From Candidatus Fraserbacteria bacterium (lineage in GTDB: Bacteria > Bipolaricaulota > Bipolaricaulia > RBG-16-55-9): 31,380 nt of DNA. The stretch lies in contig JBBIPG010000022.1 of the NCBI GenBank assembly GCA_037442925.1, positions 1-31,380 on the forward strand, read 5' to 3'. Below are positions 25,571 to 31,380 of the stretch, piece after piece. The notes under the pieces were generated by a model, which saw only the letters and a program-made list of their open reading frames with translations, ran no database searches and was not told the DNA's origin. How positions within the stretch are numbered: the stretch's first letter is position 1; each line of letters starts with the position of its first letter. The position numbers were made by a program, and so were the translations under genes.

Positions 25571-26962
25571 ATGGGTGAGATTGCCGAGACTCATCGTGCT
25601 GTAGACCAAGTGGAGCCAAGAACCCGGCTGGACACGCTGAGCCCCAAAGAGATCGTGGCGGAGCTGGACAAGTACATTGTCGGGCAACGGGAGGCGAAGC
25701 GCGCTGTGGCGATTGCGCTGCGCAACCGCATCCGTCGTCAGAGAGTGCCAGGTCCCCTTCGTCAGGAGATCCAGCCCAAGAACATCCTGATGATCGGCCC
25801 AACCGGTGTGGGCAAGACGGAGATCTCTCGGCGTCTGGCTCATCTTACTTCTTGTCCCTTCTTGAAGGTGGAGGCGACGAAATTCACCGAGATCGGCTAC
25901 GTAGGGCGAGATGTCGATTCGATGATTCGGGATCTGGTCGATGTGAGCATCGGCATGACGCGCCAGGAGGAGATCAAGCGGGTGGAAGTGGAAGCCCAGC
26001 GTCTCGTGGACGAGCGCATCTTGGATGCGTTGCTTCCCCGACCCACCAGCGCCGATCAGGAGCGTGAGGCCTCCTTTGAGAACACCCGAGAGAAGTTTCG
26101 CGAGAAGCTACGGGCAGGCGAACTGGAGGATCGCTACATCGAGATTCGCGTCCAGGAGTCGGCACTTCCCAAGATCAACGTCTTCTCCAATGAGGGTCTT
26201 GAGCAGATCGGCATTGATCTCAGCGTGATGGCCGACTTCATGCCGCAACGCACCGTCACAAAGAAACTCAAAATCCAAGAAGCCAGAGAACTTCTCTTCA
26301 GCCAAGAAGCCGATAAGCTCCTCAACCACGAGGAGATCCGGCGTCGGGGACTCCAGCGTGCCGAAGAAACCGGGATCATCTTCATTGACGAGATTGACAA
26401 GCTAGGAGCCGGAGGGCGTGAGGAGCGCCACGGCCCGGGAGTCTCGCGTCAAGGAGTTCAGCGCGATCTTCTGCCCTTGTTGGATGGTGCGACGGTTCGC
26501 ACCCGCCACGGCCATATCTCGACGGGGAATATTCTATTCATCGCAGCAGGGGCGTTCACGATGGCCAAGCCCTCGGATCTCATTCCAGAGCTTCAGGGCC
26601 GTCTGCCTATCCGGGTAGAACTCCATCCCTTGGGTGAGGAGGATTTTCAGCGCATATTGACAGAGCCGGAAGATTCTCTGGTCAAGCAATATCAGGCACT
26701 GCTGGCTGTCGAGAATTTGGAGCTGAACTTCACTCCGGATGCGATTCACGAGATTGCGCGCATTGCTCATCGCCTGAACGAGTCGATGGAGAACATCGGT
26801 GCTCGGCGTTTACAGACCGTCATGGAAAAACTAATGGAAGATATCTCGTTTGAGACCGTGGAGCTTTCGAAGCCCAGCAAGTTCACAATTGATGCCGATT
26901 ACGTGAAAGAAAAACTCGCGCACATTGCGGAAGATCTGGATTTGAGTCGTTATATTCTGTGA
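25571..26962 (+). CDS. hslU: ATP-dependent protease ATPase subunit HslU
   Basis: GPTGVGKT, GYVG pore loop, FIDEIDK, C-terminal DLSRYIL. Confidence 0.98.
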   Translation: MGEIAETHRAVDQVEPRTRLDTLSPKEIVAELDKYIVGQREAKRAVAIALRNRIRRQRVPGPLRQEIQPKNILMIGPTGVGKTEISRRLAHLTSCPFLKVEATKFTEIGYVGRDVDSMIRDLVDVSIGMTRQEEIKRVEVEAQRLVDERILDALLPRPTSADQEREASFENTREKFREKLRAGELEDRYIEIRVQESALPKINVFSNEGLEQIGIDLSVMADFMPQRTVTKKLKIQEARELLFSQEADKLLNHEEIRRRGLQRAEETGIIFIDEIDKLGAGGREERHGPGVSRQGVQRDLLPLLDGATVRTRHGHISTGNILFIAAGAFTMAKPSDLIPELQGRLPIRVELHPLGEEDFQRILTEPEDSLVKQYQALLAVENLELNFTPDAIHEIARIAHRLNESMENIGARRLQTVMEKLMEDISFETVELSKPSKFTIDADYVKEKLAHIAEDLDLSRYIL

Positions 26963-26996
26963 GGGAGTGCCAAGAAGGACACCCGTGATTCAGGCT

Positions 26997-27947
26997 CTAG
27001 CTTCCCCCGCGGATGAAATTCTCCGGCCAAGGGTAGCGAAAGGGGCAAAGGTCCAATCGAAGGTTATCTGAAATCCCATTCTCTGAACCGTGAATCGTCC
27101 CTTCAAAGAGCGCATTCGTCGGGAAACAAGGCTGCTGCCAAAGAGCGACTCCAAAGCCATTCTCGTGTATCTCATTCCTTGAAATGGTAACATTCGCTTG
27201 ATCATTCAGTTGGATTCCTACAATAGAGTTCTTCACGATCTGATTCTCCTCCAGGAGAGCTTGGGCTTGACCTCCGATCACCAGGCCGTTCTTGTTGCCG
27301 GAGACGGTGTTTAGCTGGAGTTGTCCCATGACTTGGCCTAAGATCATGACGCCGACTACCTTGTCCAGAATCGTATTGCGTTGCAAAGTGCTGTTGAAAT
27401 CACCAAGTAGCAATACTCCTATGCCTTTCTGGCCTCCTCCGGAAATCCAGTTTCCCTCTAGGGTGAGAAGGCTTCCCGCAAAGCCGAATGCTTTGATTCC
27501 GTCCGGATTATCAACGATTCGATTGTTGATGAGAGTTGCCTTCGCCTGCGAGACTTCCACTCCCCCTAGGCCTCCGGAGATGGTCAGGCCAGAGAGGGTT
27601 ACTTCGATTGGGACTGATCCGGTTGAGGGCGTCTTTCCCGTAACTGTGCGAATGGTGACCACGGCGTCTTGTGGATTTGTGGGTTCTACGATGACTTGTT
27701 CTGCTGCTTCTCCCTGCAGGGTGATCCCTTTGGAGATAAAGAGTGTCTCTTTGTAGGTGCCTGCCAGGATCTTGATGGTATCTCCCTCTTGGGCGGCGTC
27801 GATTGCCTCTTGAATTCTTGTGAAGGGGCAACCCTCAGGGCATACAATGAGTTCCCTTGGCTCCTGCGCTGAAAAAGGCACTGATTGCAGGCTGTCGAAT
27901 CCCAGCACAATGAGACCCATCGTTGCGACGGCCAGTGTTCTATTCAT
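26997..27947 (-). CDS. secreted right-handed beta-helix (NosD/pectin lyase-like) protein
   Basis: signal peptide, IQEAIDAAQEGDTIKILAGTY, repeated NxIxxNxxGI units. Confidence 0.85.
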   Translation of the reverse strand: MNRTLAVATMGLIVLGFDSLQSVPFSAQEPRELIVCPEGCPFTRIQEAIDAAQEGDTIKILAGTYKETLFISKGITLQGEAAEQVIVEPTNPQDAVVTIRTVTGKTPSTGSVPIEVTLSGLTISGGLGGVEVSQAKATLINNRIVDNPDGIKAFGFAGSLLTLEGNWISGGGQKGIGVLLLGDFNSTLQRNTILDKVVGVMILGQVMGQLQLNTVSGNKNGLVIGGQAQALLEENQIVKNSIVGIQLNDQANVTISRNEIHENGFGVALWQQPCFPTNALFEGTIHGSENGISDNLRLDLCPFRYPWPENFIRGGS

Positions 27948-27957
27948 AGACAGCTCC

Positions 27958-28671
27958 TCAGCGATCCCATCTTAGGGCATGGGCCACGCGGTCTTGAAAG
28001 GGGAGATACCCCCAATACCAAGCGCGCCAGGCCGTAAATAGTAGACCTGCTACGAAGATTAGCGTTTGGAAGGTTCCTATGCCCACCAATTCCAAGACCG
28101 GCTGAGTCATCCAAGCCAGCAGGAATGATACAGAAGTTCCCACCGTCAGTGCGATTCCCGTGCATAACCAGCAACGGTTCTCTCTGACTCGACGCTCCAC
28201 TTTCAGTGAGTGAGGGTCAACTCGCTCAGAACAACCACTGCAACCGGATTTTGATTTTCGATCACCATCTACATCTGCGAAGAATGTTTCGTTACGATCG
28301 TGGAACTCCAGCCTTTCGCCTTGAGGTGTTACGACCACACCACGCGTCTCAATGAGCGCATCTTCCGTAATTCCGATTTGCTCCAAGGATACGTCCTTGG
28401 GTACAGCCAGAAGGTTGCGAAATTGGATGAATTCCCCATCGGGTTTGACTAAATGACCTTTTGCCAAAGTCAACGTACGGTTCTTGCGCACTCCGATTTT
28501 GCTTGTGACCAGAAAAAGCTGCGCAAGGCCTTGGTCTACGTGGATGCGCAACAGCACTCCCTCATCTAAAGGTATAGACTTGAAGGGGACTTGATCGTTG
28601 AATTGCTGTTGGTAAAGCTGGGTCAGGATCGCCCCCATATTCGTTCTTGACTTACTATTCATTTCTCTCAT
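27958..28671 (-). CDS. hypothetical membrane protein with two CxxC motifs and two C-terminal TM helices
   Basis: 237-aa ORF, ATGA overlap with the upstream gene, CSGC and CWLC before hydrophobic segments. Confidence 0.7.
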   Translation of the reverse strand: MREMNSKSRTNMGAILTQLYQQQFNDQVPFKSIPLDEGVLLRIHVDQGLAQLFLVTSKIGVRKNRTLTLAKGHLVKPDGEFIQFRNLLAVPKDVSLEQIGITEDALIETRGVVVTPQGERLEFHDRNETFFADVDGDRKSKSGCSGCSERVDPHSLKVERRVRENRCWLCTGIALTVGTSVSFLLAWMTQPVLELVGIGTFQTLIFVAGLLFTAWRAWYWGYLPFQDRVAHALRWDR

Positions 28672-29054
28672 TTTTCAGTTTCTGTTCCTCGAGAGGTAAA
28701 CCACTGCCGTAAACTTTTCAGTGGCGCGAGGAGAAGCGACAATCCGAGGGCCGAGGCTGTCCATGCAGCGAATGTGGAGATACTCAGTTCTTGGAAAGAC
28801 CTTGGGGGAGGCCATACTAAGAGCGCCTTAGAGATGACCCATACCAAGGCGACTCCGGTAGCGACTGACATCACGTGAAACCAACGCGGTAGAAGGGTAA
28901 GGAACCAGCTGCAAAAGCTCACTCCTAAGATAACAGTTACAAGATAATAAGTCGAATAGATTGCAGTTGGGGTAGGGAAAATCAGAAAGAAAACCCCTCC
29001 TAAAGCTGCAATCAGAGAAGCCAATAATCCCAAATTCCGCGCCTCACTCGGCAC
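28668..29054 (-). CDS. small ~4-TM membrane protein (immunity-like)
   Basis: 128 aa, four hydrophobic stretches, GTG start with purine-rich SD-like sequence. Confidence 0.7.
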   Translation of the reverse strand: MPSEARNLGLLASLIAALGGVFFLIFPTPTAIYSTYYLVTVILGVSFCSWFLTLLPRWFHVMSVATGVALVWVISKALLVWPPPRSFQELSISTFAAWTASALGLSLLLAPLKSLRQWFTSRGTETEK

Positions 29055-29129
29055 TTAGGTTTCCTCACCTTCCTTGCTAAAGAATAATAAGCAGTATCTC
29101 GACCCCTCACAGCAGGCTTGCATATTGCG

Positions 29130-29951
29130 TTATATGCAGCGATATCGAGAGTAAGTACACTCTTCTTCGCAGCAGTATTCAGGCACCCAACATGCTGCCT
29201 CACAGCCTGCTATACATGCTGCTGCGCAGGCCAGAACGTTACCACCTGCAGCAGCGCAACCAGCCGTGCATATGGTTGCGCAGTTTCTACAGAAAAAGTC
29301 ACCTGAATAGTATCCTCCGCAGTACTGAACGCAACCACAATGCCATCCATGGCATTGTGCATAGACCTTCGCCTCGTCAGGAGATAGATCACTGTCTTGG
29401 AGATTCTGGGACTTGATCTTTGGTCCTTTTTGCTTAGCCTCTTTAAGAATTTGTGATACTCCTTCCGATAACTTCTTGATCGCATTGTGCTGTTTATGCT
29501 TAAGGAACTCAAGGTTCACATGCTCCAAACTTGAATCTATTGTCCCAATTGCAGCATCTGCGACTTCCCTATTGAGATGTTCTACAAGGAATGCAGCGTA
29601 TGGGAAGACCACAAACTGACCTGGTTCTTTCAAGGGAGCATCAATCGTGAAGATTATGGATGCGAGTGCCAGATCATCTGTCTGATACGGGTACCATGCT
29701 GATATGGGTTCCTCCTTGCGAAACTGACGACGGAGGCGCCTGAACTCAGGAGACGCTTTAATGATCCTGAGCAGGTCCTCAAGAGCGAGATCATCCACCG
29801 ACTGTGACGCTGTGAGTTCCGAGGGATCCTGTAGTCCGTTCTGAAAAATACGTCTTTGTGGAAGAGCTGAGCATGCCGTCAAACCGGCTGTCCCAAAGAG
29901 CGCCAGGGCTGCTCCAGTTCCTATCCGATGGAGAAACTCTCGACGATCCAT
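29130..29951 (-). CDS. Tat-exported lipoprotein with Cys-rich C-terminal domain (halocin C8-like architecture)
   Basis: MDRREFL twin-arginine motif, LTAC lipobox, 16 Cys in the last 74 aa; AGGAGG SD before ATG 29951. Confidence 0.8.
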   Translation of the reverse strand: MDRREFLHRIGTGAALALFGTAGLTACSALPQRRIFQNGLQDPSELTASQSVDDLALEDLLRIIKASPEFRRLRRQFRKEEPISAWYPYQTDDLALASIIFTIDAPLKEPGQFVVFPYAAFLVEHLNREVADAAIGTIDSSLEHVNLEFLKHKQHNAIKKLSEGVSQILKEAKQKGPKIKSQNLQDSDLSPDEAKVYAQCHGWHCGCVQYCGGYYSGDFFCRNCATICTAGCAAAGGNVLACAAACIAGCEAACWVPEYCCEEECTYSRYRCI

Positions 29952-30011
29952 TCTAGCCTCCTTTTGAGGCCAAGAGTAATCCCATCCTAACCCCTCACTT
30001 GGGAGGCCGTC

Positions 30012-30073
30012 TGCCACCGCTGTGACAGATATTCTGTCCCCTTGGCGACACAAAATCTGTCACCCAGGGGACA
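30012..30073. promoter_or_regulatory. three phased 16-bp palindromic operators
   Basis: TGCCAC-N4-GTGACA, TGTCCC-N4-GCGACA, TGTCAC-N4-GGGACA, separated by 7 bp (23-bp period). Confidence 0.75.
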
Positions 30074-30176
30074 CTTTAGCGCGAGCCATACGCCGCAGGA
30101 TCTTCCCATCACTGCCCGGATTCCAGTCCTCACGGGCGTAGAGTCCAATCCTGAGCGCGATTGAGATGGGGTGCAG

Positions 30177-30437
30177 CTAGGTGAGGGGAGAGATCTTGCC
30201 CGGTGGCTCCAAGTTCTTCGCCTTGCTCCAAGCCGCCTTCAGCTCTTCCTGATGCTGCGCGGCCCACTCGGCCACTAAGCCCATGGCCCGCGGAGGCAAC
30301 CTGCCTCCAATGAGGGCAAGAGTCTCGATGCTCACTAGCGCTTCGTGTTCACCGTATAGGGCGTGAAAATGGGGCGGCAGGTGATCGTCGAAGTACATCC
30401 GAATCACGATGCCGTAGAAGCGGCACAGTTCAGGCAT
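30177..30437 (-). CDS. DUF4160-family protein
   Basis: MPELCRFYGIVIRMYFDDHLPPHFHA..EWAAQH signature. Confidence 0.9.
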   Translation of the reverse strand: MPELCRFYGIVIRMYFDDHLPPHFHALYGEHEALVSIETLALIGGRLPPRAMGLVAEWAAQHQEELKAAWSKAKNLEPPGKISPLT

Positions 30438-30717
30438 CGGCTCTGACCGGCTTCAGAGCCGGGAATATATCCTCAGGCGGCTGGCCCGTCAGTCGGAGAT
30501 AGAGCGCATCCGGGCAGAGGTCGATCTCCTCTCCCCAACAGATCGCTCCGGCATCATCGATCCGGACGGCCTCGAAGAAGGCCTTCTCCTCCCAAGCTTT
30601 GAAGACCCCACGCCCCACAAGGTGCGACAGGTCGACTTCCCCCTCGACACCGTTTGAGTACCGCAACCACAGTCGGTAGCCCTCCAACGCCTTCACTGCT
30701 GTTGGTCTTACCATCAC
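30430..30717 (-). CDS. DUF2442-family protein
   Basis: YRLWLRYSNG..VDL..ICWGEEIDLCPDALY signature; overlaps the DUF4160 start. Confidence 0.9.
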   Translation of the reverse strand: MMVRPTAVKALEGYRLWLRYSNGVEGEVDLSHLVGRGVFKAWEEKAFFEAVRIDDAGAICWGEEIDLCPDALYLRLTGQPPEDIFPALKPVRADA

Positions 30718-30787
30718 TCGATCCCCTCTTGATTATCCTCCCTAGCTTCGGTGAACTGCAAGGTGCGTCTACCTACGACAGAGACAT

Positions 30788-31378
30788 TCAGAATCGCATC
30801 TGTAGCAGCCGAATCTCCCAGCTGATCTTAGGTGCATCTGGCTTGGAGCCGGACGTAGCCCCAAGGTTATAGCCGATGATGGCCCCTATAACTCCGGCTG
30901 TCAAAGGATTGACGAAGCCGGGGATAGGAGGGCAGCCGATCATGCGGGGCACCCAGGCGCACTCGGGAGGAATGGGTTCCTCTTCGATGCGGAAGAGAGG
31001 ACGCCACCACTCCTTGGGGCGATAGAAGCGTCGAGGAGAGGCACCTTCTGTTTCTACCACCAGCCAAGGTTGGCTCCAGGACCAGATGACGAGGCCAGTG
31101 CCAACTATGGCTCCGAGAGCCGCTCCCGGCAAATTCCCTGCTACGCCATATCTTGTGCCTATCCAGTGCACGCCCAGGACGATTCCAGCCATCAACCCGC
31201 TTAAACTGCCTACATCCATCATGGCCGAGTCGAGCCAAGCCGCATCCCCCACCGTGCTCTTAAGGAGGGTGCTACTTAGAGAACCTACTTCCAGGCCGAG
31301 CAGTGCTCCCAAACCTCCAACTCCCATCCCGCTTATGAATTGAAGGCCTACGTAGTCAACCGTCAGCGGAGCGGATTC
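30788..31378 (-). CDS. hypothetical Gly-rich membrane protein, probably 5'-truncated by the window edge
   Basis: frame stays open from ATG 31327 to the window end; several GxxxG hydrophobic segments. Confidence 0.6.
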   Translation of the reverse strand, partial: ESAPLTVDYVGLQFISGMGVGGLGALLGLEVGSLSSTLLKSTVGDAAWLDSAMMDVGSLSGLMAGIVLGVHWIGTRYGVAGNLPGAALGAIVGTGLVIWSWSQPWLVVETEGASPRRFYRPKEWWRPLFRIEEEPIPPECAWVPRMIGCPPIPGFVNPLTAGVIGAIIGYNLGATSGSKPDAPKISWEIRLLQMRF

Positions 31379-31380
31379 TA

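Noticed and set aside
1894..26770. Long alternative-frame ORFs (e.g. 1894..2673, 5914..6528, 8082..8924, 12147..12902)
   Set aside because: They overlap well-supported genes and are expected in GC-rich DNA.
29130..29354. Radical-SAM RiPP precursor or ferredoxin
   Set aside because: No modifying enzyme in the window and no CxxCxxCxxxCP motif; export favours disulfides.
31355..31380. GTCAAC..AGCGGATT resembling the repeat family
   Set aside because: Weak match inside an open reading frame and truncated by the window.
1..31380. tRNA, rRNA or riboswitch (e.g. cobalamin riboswitch before the mutase operon)
   Set aside because: No recognisable signatures by eye; an Rfam/Infernal scan would be needed to exclude them.

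Overview
Chromosomal window from a moderately GC-rich bacterium. The gene set (bifunctional FBP aldolase/phosphatase, split methylmalonyl-CoA mutase, AGT-EndoV fusion) suggests a deep-branching lineage such as Bipolaricaulota/Acetothermia; this is a guess. From left to right: an orphan RHH antitoxin and an AbrB-RelE toxin-antitoxin pair interleaved with a family of palindromic repeats; lexA-recA and a DinB-family gene; a long minus-strand run (biotin carboxylase, biotin carrier, methylmalonyl-CoA mutase, epimerase, membrane protein, GNAT, S9 peptidase, uvrC); a second orphan AbrB gene; an alkyltransferase-endonuclease V fusion; HU; larB; housekeeping genes; a probable oriC (11-12 DnaA boxes plus DnaA-trio-like arrays) between tsaD and a dciA-like gene, with no dnaA nearby; and hslVU. 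At the right end is an AT-richer accessory locus encoding a Tat lipoprotein with a 16-Cys C-terminal domain (halocin-C8-like architecture) and two membrane proteins, preceded by three phased 16-bp palindromes, followed by a DUF2442/DUF4160 pair. The best novelty candidates are the hairpin repeat family beside the TA genes, the Cys-rich Tat locus with its operator array, the origin architecture and a candidate new LexA box. All calls are by eye; no database searches were run.
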